Positions 1 through 12,424 of a stretch of 64,000 nt of DNA are shown piece by piece. Location: NCBI RefSeq assembly GCF_018977255.1, contig NW_024704743.1:64668001-64732000 (forward strand), written 5' to 3'. Made by a program: the position numbers and the translations under genes. The first letter of the stretch is position 1. Each line of letters opens with the position of its first letter. The DNA comes from Callorhinchus milii. Lineage: Eukaryota. The notes beneath the pieces were generated by a model. The model was not told the origin of the DNA. It searched no databases and saw only the letters and a list, made by a program, of their open reading frames with translations.

Positions 1-221
1 AACAATTTCCATTTATACAGCGCTTTTCATGTCAGAAGCATTTCTCAAAGCGCTTCACATGGTTAAACTTACAGTGAAAATTTGCAATGATTCTAAATAT
101 TGTTGGTTCGAGTACATTGTCTTTCATTTGTTACAGTTTTAAAGAATGATTGATTATTTTCAACCTTATTCAAACACTAAACATCTAATATTACAGAAGA
201 CAGCTCATAATACTGCCATAG

Positions 222-320
222 TTCTGACGAAAAGACATTGACCTGAAACGTTAACTCATTTTCTCTCTCCATGGATGCTGCTTGACCTGCTGCGTGTTTC
301 CAGTGACTCCTGTGTTTATA
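222..320 (+). mobile_element. Penelope-like terminal-repeat fragment with a degenerate minimal hammerhead core
   Basis: CTGACGA-aaagacattgacct-GAAACGTT followed by ctctctccatggatgctgcttgacctgctg, a repeat type abundant in sharks. Confidence 0.6.
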
Positions 321-326
321 TCATAA

Positions 327-500
<174 letters not shown>

Positions 501-646
501 AGAAAAGATTGTATAGTGAAACAAAAAAAAGCCTTTGTTATTTTGGGTATTAAATAAGACTGAAGAAGTTTTTTTTGTATATAGTATACTGTATTGCATA
601 CCGTACTTGTATTTAATTAGCTAAATTATTTGTACTAAATTTAAGC

Positions 647-652
647 AATAAA
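647..652 (+). other. Candidate polyadenylation signal for VWC2
   Basis: AATAAA about 150 nt after the stop codon, in an AT-rich 3' UTR. Confidence 0.4.
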
Positions 653-2129
653 AGGTGACTAGTATATTTCAAGCATCATAATTTGACCTATTTAATTTTC
701 AGTGGGTGAAGAAGACTATAGCTTCCAGCAGTTCTCTGCTACTACAACTACACTGTATGATTCAATCAAACTTAACATGAGGATGATAAAAGATTGAAGA
801 TCCAGAGGTCAAGAAAGCTGTAAAAGTGCATTACCAATATTGGTTGAAGAATTATCACCGTATTAGATTACAATAGCTAAAGTGCAAAAATATAACCTTT
901 TTTTTGTAGCTATCAATAACTGCTATTCCAGACCATGTCTGGGTTATTGGGAGCCCTCGGGGTCAGAAGCTCCATGTCAGAACTTTGAGCTCCTAGCTGA
1001 GGATGATACTCTAATTCAGTACTGGAGAGCACTACAACAAGAGGTGCCATGCTTCAGGTTAGATGTTAACCCAAGGTGTCCACTGCCTATGAGGTGGATG
1101 TTAAAGATCCCAACCTTACTTGGAAAAACAATGGTATCTCAGTCAGCAATCCTATTGATAATATTGATAATTTATGTAGTAGCTTTTTGTGACAAATTGG
1201 CTGCCACATGTGCCTACAAAATACAGTCACTTACACTTTTCAATAATTTCCAATGAAGTACTTTCAAACAGGGGTTAGTATTATGAAGAGATTTCAAGAT
1301 GCTCCCATTGCATACAGCAATTGGAAATTCAAAAGGCTGTTTCCAGCAAGTCAACATGAATTATTTCAATGCTGAATTCTTCATTTATTTTGGTACTTGA
1401 TTTCTCTTCAGTGGTTTATTTTTTCCCTTCTTTTATTGTCTCTCTGTACCAAGCAGAATCCCAAGCCAAGAAAGCTAGCAGGAGGCCTGTATGCAGTTTT
1501 CTGCTTATTTTTCCCTAACAGCAAAGAGCAACCCCAAGTGACTCTGTCCCCCCAAGACTTTTTCTTCTCTCCCTATCAGGAATCCCCTTCTCTCCACTTG
1601 GCATCTTCCGCTGTTAACACGGCTGAGGTCAGTAACTCACTGTAAGGAGAATCACAAAGGCAAACTTATGTTCCATTCGTATGAATGTTCTCCATGTTAA
1701 TTGATGTTTACATGCTTCTCTACCCTGCAGCACAGTGGTAAATGGTAACCGAAACAAATGGTTAGCAAGAGTCAAAATTATTTGTAAATTACAAATCCTG
1801 CAAGTACACGGACAACTCTCAGGTAAACCTCTGGATCTTCCCAGGGATGCCAACCTCTCTCTCTCTTGATCTCCATGAAGCCAGATTGGGTCAAAAAGTA
1901 GGATCCTGGCACTTGCAGATTTTTTTTTCCATTAGATGAACTGGTGCTTTGCCATCTGGGTTGATATTAGTCACATTTCTGTAATTCTTCTAAAAACCTA
2001 CAGAAAACTGGCTTCTACATTAAGACTGAATTAAGCATTGGTCAAAATTTGCCAAATATGTGCTAATGTATTAAGAAATAAATCTAAGTCTACACCCAGG
2101 TGAAATGATATGGAGGTAAAAGTCTTGAG

Positions 2130-2545
2130 TACGCCAACTGCCTGCTCGCTGGACTTCCCAACTCTTCCCTCCACAAGCTGTAGATTATTCAAAACTTTGC
2201 AGGTCGTGTCCTCTCCTGCACCAAGCTCTGCGAACCTATCACACCCATTTTTGCCTGGCTTCATTGGCTCCCGATCCTGCAGAGAATTGAGTACAAATCC
2301 CTCGTTCTCACCTTCAAAGCCCTCCACGGTCTTGCTCCCCCTCTACCTCTGTGACCTCCTACCCCATATCAGCCTGTCCGCTCCCTCCCTGTACTTCCTG
2401 CCCCACCATTGGTGGTTGGGAATTCAGCATCTCTGCCCTCATGCTCTGGATCTCTATCCCGCAATCCCTCTACCTTACTCCCTCTCTTGCCTCCTTCAAG
2501 TTCCGTCTAAAGACCTTCCTTTTCGACCGTGCCTTCAGCCTGGTG
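2130..2545 (+). mobile_element. L2 3' fragment
   Basis: Similar to 52550-52980. Confidence 0.8.
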
Positions 2546-4839
2546 GACGTCAAAGATCCATGGCAGATTTCCAAAGGAGAAGGGCGTTTATTCCGGTGTC
2601 CTGGCTAACAATCCTCAAATAAAAGTGGTCATTCACTCCACACTGTCCGTGGAACATTCCTGTGTGCAAATTGGCTGCTGCATTGTGCCTACAAAATATA
2701 TACAGCCACATCAATTTACAAAACAATATATCCTGCAAAGTGCTTTCAGACATGTTGATGACATGATGAGATGCTCGATAAAATACAAGCATTTTTAATA
2801 TTATTTATAATAAGAAAAGATAATTGCTGTATGTTGAAACTCTTAAGTAAAAGCAGTAATTGTATTCCATGGTCTGACCGCTCTGGTTCAGTCCAAAGCT
2901 CCAGTCCTTGTAAAATGCAATAGAATTGCTTTGGAACAAAGACAGATCCTCCATGTAACAGACGGCACCAGAAGAGTACGGAAACATCACCCAGGAGCAG
3001 GTACAAGACATTTAAGATACATGATTCAGGTTTTTAATTCACACAGAAGAATGGATAAAGTAAACGAAAGTAAGGTATTTCACCTAGATTGTCAGCATAT
3101 ATTTAGACTACATTAGTTTAAATTATAAGGCCTGACTTGAGATAATTTTCCTCATAAATTTGTGAATATGCATGAATATATGAATAGAATCCTGGAATGC
3201 ATTGATTAATAATGCTTTTAACATAGAAGTGGTTGAATATCCAATTAGAGAGGAAATGATGGATATAACGATAAGAATACATGGAGACAAATGTAGCTAT
3301 GTAGAACATGATTGATCCTTACCTATGGAATTACTATGCCAAGGAAGGCAATTGGCTCAGAATGTTTACTGTCAGTTGTGGCATTAGACAGATACTCATT
3401 CTGGAAACTTAATAGCCCCTTTATAAGTGAAGAGATGTACTGAGCCTTTCGCGAGGGAATTAAATAATAGCTTTAAACAGGCTTCACAGTCAATGGAATT
3501 TAAGTGAACTATAGAAATTCACGGCACAGAAGAAGGCCATTTGCCTCATCGTGTCTGTGTCGACTCCTTCAAGAACAATCCACTTTACTTACACTTTCCC
3601 CAGAACTTTGTAGCTGACTCTTTTTAAGATATATGTTTAATTCCCCTCTTGAAGGGCAATATGCCTCAACTATGGCTCCTGGCAGGGCATTCCATATCCT
3701 ATCTACTCACAAATATATTAGGCCTTTTCTTGTTCCTTGTTTATTTTGTGCCACTAGAAAAGTTAAGCACGCCACTATTCAGCCCATCGTGTCTGTGTCA
3801 GCTCCCTCAAGATTGCTCCACTATCCTGCATAAAGAGCACCATTGTTAAGGGACATTAAGAGAAACGTCTCCATGAAGAAATTCTTATAAATATGATTTC
3901 CACGCATATGGAGNAAAAATGGAAAAAATGTCCACTTTTCTATGAGGTATGGAATTCTATGGAGCAGCTGCACTTTATAGGTCAAAGGAAAGGAAACCTA
4001 AATTGGTTTATCCGTGTTCCTTCCAATACCTAACACTGTAAAGTTATTCCTGTAAATCACACAAATCCCTGCATATATGAGCAATGTTAATAGAATTTTG
4101 CCTCACAACTTTGTAAGTTGCAAGACAGTGGATTTTAACAAGTTATGCTGCATCCTTTATCTGGTTGCCTGAGAAATTGCAATTAAACCTTGAGCCACAA
4201 ATGGTATTCCTATGGAAATAATCACATACCAAATCACTTGAAAGCATTGTTCCTTCTAGCCCTTTTCTAAAAGAATTGTGTCTCCATTAACACTCGTTCA
4301 TAACTATCCTGGAGCACACACAATCAACAGATGCAGTCAAACCAATCCATCCCCAGGCTGGAAAGCACTGCATATTTTGTAATAACTCTTGAGATAAATT
4401 ATATTAATTTGCTGCATTTTTACAAACATAAATAGTAATCTCAGAAGTGATAGCTTTGAATATATTCTTGTGAAAGATCATCATTAACATGTTTGCCAAG
4501 GCTCGCATTTATTTGGGAAGGTTTAAGCTTAAACCTCAGAATGCTGATGTGCATCAGAGTGCTTCTTATTTGATGGTTCATTGTCAAAAAATAATTTTTG
4601 TAAGCAGCCTGAGTTCATGGTCATAGAAGTCAGTGCTGAAGCTAGCACTGGAGTGTGAGTATTTATCCTGTTTGTTTACTGCCGGGACACAAAACACCCA
4701 GATGTATAGAAATATGGAGTGGTAAACCTGATTTATTCTTCTTGTTGCAAAACAAAGATTTACAAACAATACCCGTTTTGGTGTGCTGTACATAGACATC
4801 TTAGCACCTGCAAATGAGCTGATGAAGAAATTCTGGTGC

Positions 4840-5462
4840 TTGGGGCTACAGCTACTGGAAGGCACTCCCTGAAGTCTGAGTTTGTGAACACGTATTCATA
4901 CATCCAGCTCTTGGAGTCTATGTTGATTAGTTTGCAGAGAGGTACCCAGCTGCTGCTCAAGCTACACACCTCCAAGGAAGGCAGGAAGATGGTGGCAATG
5001 CTCCCATGCACTTCATGCTGAACTGTGCCCACCAGGAGGCTCACAAGGAATTCCTGGTCTGCAGTATTCCAGAGCACTGCTGATGACAACCCAACCAGCC
5101 TGGCTCATCAGCAGGACTTGGAAGGGTGGACCAGTCACTGTGGGCAGGGACTCTTCATACACAACTCCTTTTTATCCTGCAAGCCAAGTCACTTACAGGT
5201 AGAGTTGTCCCAGCTGGACAAGCAGCAGGAAAACTTGTTAGACCATGCTTTCAATGGGAAGCTATGCAGTTTTAGCGAATTAGACTCCAGCTGTATTGCA
5301 ACCTCAGCCCTTGCTGGTCTGTGCCTAATACTCTCTGGAGTTGGATAATACACACTCTCCCTTCAGAGAGAGAGTGCGCATTCCATTCCAACAAATATCT
5401 CTGGAATCTCCATGTGTAGGTGGGATACATGGAATTCTCAGTTTGTTTTGGATACTCTTAAA
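4840..5462 (+). repeat. Unclassified dispersed repeat; other copies at 22975-23290 (-), 32015-32740, 35015-35420 and 38990-39345
   Basis: Shared blocks (cctagctggacaagcag...gcttgccagac...ttcaatggcaagctatg) and a common 3' end ...tttggatactcttaa. Confidence 0.8.
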
Positions 5463-6344
5463 CATGATGAGGGGTTTCCACACGTGTCAGACACCCAGCT
5501 GACCAGAGAAAATGGCTGCAAAGAACATTGAAATTGGTTTTAAATGTTTTAAATTGATGGTTATACAATTAGTTCTTTAATAGCATTTTTAAATAATATT
5601 CAAAGTTTGCAAAGTATCCTACAAGGCATAAGAGTATGAGAGTTGAAATTATTTTCTACTGGTATTGTACAATATCTTGTGAGGAGGAAATGGTATTGAA
5701 TAGTATGCAAGTTTTATGTTCTCTTAACTACAGTATAAATGTTTTCCTTTCGAAAGAAAGTACTGTGATTCAAAGTTAACAGTGTTTGTAATAAATAATC
5801 CCACACCACTCTGTTTCTCAACCTCTTCAATTGGAATTGTTCACAAATAGCAATGTCATTCGCTTTTGAATTTGCTGATCCTGTCTACTCTGTGAGTAGT
5901 CCATTCCGCTCTATGTAAAATATTTAAATCTAAAATGATCTTTATACGTACACTGAAAAAGTTCCAGTTGAGTACAGTAAAGAATAGATGAATCCTTGCA
6001 TTAATCTGAATTGAAATGACTTGTTTGATTGCACAGCAGCAAATCCCTGAACCCCAGACACTAAACCAGCTTTTTAACCTTGTACATTGGGATTCTATTA
6101 GAGTGAGCACATTTATAAAGGGAGGTTGGAAGATTTTGAATGCACTTATAAAGAGAAGTTGACAACCTGAGAAGGCTTCCCAAATTTCCATTCCCACAAG
6201 GAGCCATGCTTTCTAAATAAATAACGCCATTTTATTTTACAGAAATAGTTAAAACATAGTATAAATTGTTCAAGGATTTTTTTCCCAAATTACACACATC
6301 AGTTTCTAAAAATCATTAACAAAAGCGTGAATCAGATTAAATCA

Positions 6345-6715
6345 TAACAACAACAACAACAACAAGATTACATTTGTATAGTGCCTTTCACGTTGGGAGG
6401 ACATCCCAAGGTGCTACAGTGTACAGCATTTTAGACCTGAGCAGGGATCAGGGAGGGGAGAAGGGAGGGGAGGGGAAGGGGGCGTGGCTGATGGCATGGT
6501 CGAAGAGAAGGGTTTTGAGGTGGGACTTGAAGGAGGTTAAGGAGGGGGCGAGGGGATGGAATTCCAGAGGTTGGGGCCAGAGTGGCTGAAGGCCCTCTCG
6601 CCAGTGGTGGGGTGGGTGGGGCGAGGGACGTGGAGCAGGCCAGAGCCGGCTGAGCAGAGGGAGCGGGTGGGTTGACAGGGGGTTAGGAGGTCGCAGAGAT
6701 AGGGTGGGGTGAGTC
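6345..6715 (-). mobile_element. L2 3' end
   Basis: (CAA)n tail and SFKSHLKTLLFD. Confidence 0.85.
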
Positions 6716-7373
6716 ATATTTAATGGCGTCAGGATGCAGCACACCTAATTAATTGAAAGCGAATGACCAGTTTTGGCGTTACTTTTCTGTGTATCTATGA
6801 CATTATATGTTTTATTTTCAGGAACAACCTCTACTGCTGAATCACATAAGTTATTGACAAAACATTCTTTCATTGATGTCACTTCCACTTCAAAATATTC
6901 TTCTTTATTGGTGAGCAAGGTTAGACCAGCTCACCCCCATTAACCAAATTAAACCAAATACTTTCTACTTAGGGAATAAGGGTTGTCCCTGCAGACAAGC
7001 TCCAATTCCCCCAAACTCTTCCAGACCCAAAATTGTCAAAGGACAATGAGGACCTGAACCATGTTGTCATGAGCACGAGCAAGTTAGGTGACAGGATGGC
7101 CTCACTGGTAGAGCATGCCCGGCCTGAGCCTATTGACCAAGTGCTTAAGTGAGCACTGCATTCCAGTATCTCTGCTTCCACTTTGTGAGGGCAGATCAAA
7201 CTCCTCAGATTAAACTCCTACTGCAATACCAACCAACTGTAGGTCAAAAGCATAGCTGTAGCCAGGAGCTCAATCCTTCCTGTAATGCCCAGTTACGGGT
7301 GAGATTTGGTCATGGTAACCAACAAAGAGAATCTCAACAGGATTTTTTTTCTGACATTGCTAGCTCAAGGAGT

Positions 7374-7423
7374 AACTGATAAGAACACATACCACTTGAT
7401 CTTAGCCAAAAGGCAGAGAAGCG
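7374..7423 (-). pseudogene. Truncated U2 snRNA pseudogene (5' ~50 nt)
   Basis: Reverse complement CGCTTCTCTGCCTTTTGGCTAAGATCAAGTGGTATGTGTTCTTATCAGTT matches the U2 5' end with a few changes; no 3' half or Sm site. Confidence 0.88.
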
Positions 7424-7589
7424 CCTTCTAACTGAATGTGTGCTGCTCTCACACAATTATAAAAATTTACAGCGCAGAAGGGAGCCTTTCAGCCCATCAA
7501 GTCTGCACCAACTCTCAGAGCAGGCTGCTCTTTCAATCCCACTGTCCTGCCCCTCGCTCCATACCCCTTCAAACCTTTAACATTCATAT

Positions 7590-8135
7590 ATGTGTCTCAC
7601 ACCGTCTTCACTTCATCTCCACAAACGGCTTCTCCTCTAGCCCCCTCACTGTCTCGTGCGGCGTTCCTCAGGGCTCTGTCCTTGGTCCCCTCCTCTTCAA
7701 TATCTATACGCTCCCTCTTGGTGACATCATCCACAGACATGGGGTCAATTTTCACATGCACCCGGATGACACCCAACTGTACCTCTCTGCCTCCACCCTT
7801 GACTCCAGGACAACTGCTGTCCTGACAGAATGTCTGTCAGACATCAAGTCCTGGATGAGAGCTAACTTTCTACAGTTGAACGTCAGCAAGACCAAGGCTC
7901 TCCTGGTTGGCTCCCGTCAGCGCCTCCACAACTCAGGCCACTCCCTGGCTTCCTTCAAGACCCATCTCAAGACCCTCCTCTTTGACCGTGCCTTCAGTCA
8001 CCCTCCTTTCTCCCCTGCCCTCTACCCTCCCTGATCCGGTCCCCCAGCCCAGGTCCGAAATACTGTTTGTCCAGCGCCTTGGGACGCACTCCTGGTGTGA
8101 AAGGCGCTATACAATTGTAATTTTGTTGTTGTTGC
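7590..8135 (+). mobile_element. Internally deleted L2 (RT core joined directly to the 3' tail)
   Basis: [10 protein letters not shown] and HPDDTQLY, then a jump near 7940 to SFKTHLKT and the (GTT)n tail. Confidence 0.85.
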
Positions 8136-8540
8136 TTATTTTCCTCTTGAAATTGACAATGGACTCTGTCTCAACCCCTTACGTAGCAGTGCATTCCACA
8201 TCCTAACAACTCTCTGTGTGAAAAGAATTATTCTAAACTCTTCTTTCACTCTTCTTGTGGCTATCTTATATTTATGTCTTCTAGGTACTGACTTTCCTCT
8301 CAGTGGAAACAGCTTCTTCCTCTATTTTGTTCTGTTACACAGAGGGCTGTAGTTTTCTTTTTTTAGGTGGGCATCATGACACTTAGAATGTTATAACCAC
8401 AGTGTACAGTGACAGCAATGCAAGATTGAAAGATAAAACAATTTTAAAGCTACCTCAGATTTTATATTTTATAATCTGCAAAGCCTACAAATCTGAATAA
8501 GTCACGGAACACAAAATATTCAGATATACATGTATATTAT

Positions 8541-8853
8541 GTGGAGTCCTGTAGCCCAGTGGTTAGAGCACTCACCTTGCAAGCGAGACACCTGGGTTCA
8601 ATTCCAGGCAGGGCGAAACCTTGGGCAAGTTTCCTTACTCCACACACCTAATAATAATCCCTCCAAAACAAAACAAAATAATAAATTGGTCATTTTCAAT
8701 CCACGACTGTTTGTGGGGCACTGCTGTGCGCAATTGGCTGCCGCGTTTCACCCACAAATATACGGTCAATTCATTTTACAGCATATTCAATGAAGCACTT
8801 TGAGACATCTAGAAGGTGTGAAAAGTGCTATAGCAAATGCAAGGATTATTATT
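8541..8853 (+). mobile_element. tRNA-derived SINE (Ala-like head, Deu-like core, L2 tail)
   Basis: A/B boxes (TAGCCCAGTGG, GTTCAATTCC); CTGTGCGCAATTGGCTGCCGCG core; (TTA)n tail. Confidence 0.9.
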
Positions 8854-8957
8854 TGCTGTGGTTGTGGTTGTAGCTGTGGTTCAGAATTAGGAATGTAATT
8901 TAATCGAAAGATCGTGAAGATACTATAACTGTAATTTCATTGTATTCAAAATAAAAT

Positions 8958-9300
8958 TGGAGTCCTGTAGCTCAGTGGTTAGAGCACTCGCTTTGCAAGC
9001 GAGAGACCTGAGTTCAATTCCAGGCAGGGCGAAACTTTGGGCAAGTTTCCTTACTCCACACGCCTAATAATAATCCCTCCAAAACCCAAAACAATAATAA
9101 AATTGGCATTTTCAATCTACGACTGTTTGTGGGACATTGCTGTGCGCAATTGGCTGCCGCGTTCGCCCACAAATTTACAGTCAATTCACTTTACAGTGTG
9201 TTCTGTGAAGCGCTTTGGGACGTCCTTCCGACGTGAAAAGCGCTATATCAAATGCAAGGATTATTATTATATTATTATTATTATTATTATTATATTTATT
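8958..9300 (+). mobile_element. Young tRNA-derived SINE, same family
   Basis: Full head-core-tail structure with long (TTA)n. Confidence 0.92.
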
Positions 9301-11049
9301 ATATTAAATCTTTGAATGAATCAGCGTTGAAATATTACCCCTCATTTGTTAGATTCCTAATTCCATCAATCATATATTTACATTTTCCCAATTACAAAGG
9401 ACATAGATGGAATAATTGATGGGGTTCAGAATAAGGATTTGTTCTGCAATATTTTGGAAGTCATAATGTAAATAGCTAAAAACAATTTGTGCAATGTACC
9501 AATATCCAAGACTAACAATTCAAAGCTGTGGTTCAGAATTAGGAATGTAATTTAATCGAAAGATCGTGAAGATACTATAACTGTAATTTCATTGTATTCA
9601 AAATAAAATTGGTTACTCACTCCATAGCTATTTGTGGGGCATTGCTGTGTGCTGCCACATTCACCCACAAAATACACAGTCACACTATTTTACAATTTAT
9701 CTTGTGAAGCTCTGAGATGGCTCAACAAACTGATAGGGGTTTATATCGACTGCAAAAGATATTATTATTTTATTATCCGATGCAGGATTTGCTGCTTTCA
9801 CCTCTGGAACCTGGTTTGAATCCAGATTGATGGAATGAGAGCCTTTTCTCTTGGCTGCATGGATTCCATGTGACATTGGTTTTCCAATAGTAAAACAATC
9901 AGGAGTGGGAAGCTCCAGATTAATATTTCCCGCTTGAAATCAAATTGGTTAAAGGATGAGGAGAGCTCTAAACATGATCAACTAAATGCATGAGGAAGCC
10001 ACGCTAATGAATGCCAAACCTCGGTCAGTTTTTCATGTTTTCACGAGAAAACCAGTTGCGCCAACCTGCTCCTTAATAACTTTAAAAATAGTCCATCACA
10101 TGTTCTTGGTGCGAATGAACAAATTTAAGCAGAAACTGAATTAATTCACACAACTTGGATTTACATCGCAGCTGGCAGTTCAACTTCCTGTTAAATTAAC
10201 TTTTGTGCTGGAACTTACTTGTTCTCAACAATTAAGCTCCAGCACAAACCTCTTCCTGAGCATTCACCTCAAACCAAGCATATCTTGCGTTTTTTATATT
10301 GATTTAATCAGCACAAATAGTTCACTTAACCTGGACGTGAAACTAATTAACAGACACAGGTTGACAACAAAATTTACTTCCGCCTATCTCGCCAGAGGAG
10401 AAAGGTGCTGGTCACCAGAGGAGAAAGCAAAAAGAGCGACTAGCCCCCATCTTCTTTACCTGAGAACATTACCTCACTGGTTTCACTGGAGAACTCACAG
10501 ATGTCAAATAAATCGTGTGATCTCTACGAAAACACCAATTAGTCTCGGACCAAGCCCGTGATCAATATTCTGCGTTTAAAGGGGCAGTTCTCCTTTTTGT
10601 TGATTTCCATTAAAGTTGCATTCAGGGTTATCTCATTGAACCACTACTTTAAGGGACTATAGCAGTGGTGGTGGGGCAGAGAGGAGCTCTGTTCAGTTTG
10701 AATCTACTAAACTTATATTAACAGCAGTGCTGTGTTCACCTGCTACAGAAACCATCTCCCTTGGATTCAGCCATCGGTATTGTCCTCAGTTCCTCAGCCC
10801 AACTAAGTTCTGTGAAGCACTTTGAGAAGTCTCAACAACGTGATAAAGCACTACATCACGTAATAATCCTTTCAAGTTTGGTCACTTCAATCCGCAACTG
10901 TTTGTGGGACACTGCTGTGTGCAAATGGCTGCCGCGTTTCTCCCACAAAATACATAGTCAGCCGCTTTACAGTATTTTCAGTGAAGCGCTTTGAGACGTC
11001 TCAAAGAAGTGACAGCGAGCTATCAAATGGAAGGATTTCACATCTTCCA

Positions 11050-11309
11050 GATGTCTCAAAGTGCTTCACAGAATATACTGTAAAGTGAATTGACTGTATA
11101 TTTGTGGACAAAACGCGGCAGCCAATTGCGCACAGCAGTGTCCAAATAGTCGTGAATTGAAGTGACCAATTTTATTATTGTTGTTTTTGAGGGATTATTA
11201 TCAGGCATGTGGAGTAAGGAAACTTGCCCAACGTTTCATCCTGCCGAGAATCAAACCCAGGTCTCTTGCTTGCGAGGCGAGTGCTCTAACCACTGAGCTA
11301 CAGGACTCC
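11050..11309 (-). mobile_element. tRNA-derived SINE, tail-to-tail with + strand tail fragments at 10800-11035
   Basis: Reverse complement of the same family. Confidence 0.88.
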
Positions 11310-12115
11310 TACTTTACATCATCTACTGTAAAATACAATCACTGTAGGTTGTGTATGCATCATCAGATCCTGATGCACAGGAGGTACCTTGTTCAGATTG
11401 TATTAATAATTAATCAACAATAAACAACAACAACTTACATTTATATAACGCCCTTCATGCCAGGTGGCATCTCGGAGCGCTTAATCAGAACAGCAGTAAG
11501 TCATTCAGCCTATAGTATCTGCTCCACCATGAAGTCTGTGAGAACGTTCAATTCCAATTTGCCACCTTTTCCCTTAAAGATTGTACTTATCAAGTACTGT
11601 TCACTGTTCTCATGAACCTTTAAGTATTTGTTTTCTTTTTGGACTCCTCTTTCACCCATGAATATAGCTCTAATTTTAGAGCCGTTCTGCTCATGTTAAT
11701 TAGAACAGAGAAAACATAGGAAAACAGAAAAAGGAGTAGGCCATTCAATCCTGCTAAATAACTAGTTTATTAGTTCTTGGCAGATCTTTAAATCCCAATG
11801 GCCCATCCTTCTGCCATACCCCTGTAATGATAATGATAATAATAATATTAATAATAACCCTTGCATTTGATATACATACATAGAAATTTCCCATATGATT
11901 TCACAATGAGAAGAGAAAGCGGTAGGAGGGAGAAAGTGATATCCCTATCCCAAATTAGAGGGATTAAGATAGCGAGTTCCCCAGGTTAGATGAGTAGTAA
12001 CTGACAGAAATACAGAAATGAAACAATGTCATTAGTGTCACAAAACAAATTATATTCCATAGCTTTTGTATATTCTGTTCATGCACTCATTTAAAAATGA
12101 TCATGTAAAACTGCT

Positions 12116-12424
12116 TAATAATAATAATAACCCTTGCATTTGATATAGTGAATTATCACATTTTCAAGACATCTCAGAATATACTGTGAAGTGAATTGAC
12201 TGTATATTTGTGGGCCAAACGTGGTAGCCAATTGTGCACAGCACATAACAAACAGTTATGGATTGAGTGACCGAATTATTATTATTATTTTTTTTATTTC
12301 TTGAGGGATTGTTATCAGGCATGTGGAGTCAGAAAACTTGCCCAAGGTTTCGCCCTGCTGGGAATCAAACCCAGGTCTCTCGCTTGTGAGGCAAGTGCTT
12401 TAACCACTGAGTTTTAGGACTCCA
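12116..12424 (-). mobile_element. tRNA-derived SINE
   Basis: Same family. Confidence 0.88.

Noticed and set aside
4584..5089. Minus-strand ORFs as ZPBP or novel exons
   Set aside because: No convincing homology; partly overlaps the unclassified repeat.
8958..9030. tRNA-Ala(TGC)-like sequences (also 8541, 33573, 62054 and others)
   Set aside because: They are SINE heads continuing into core and L2-type tails, with no proper acceptor stem or terminator.
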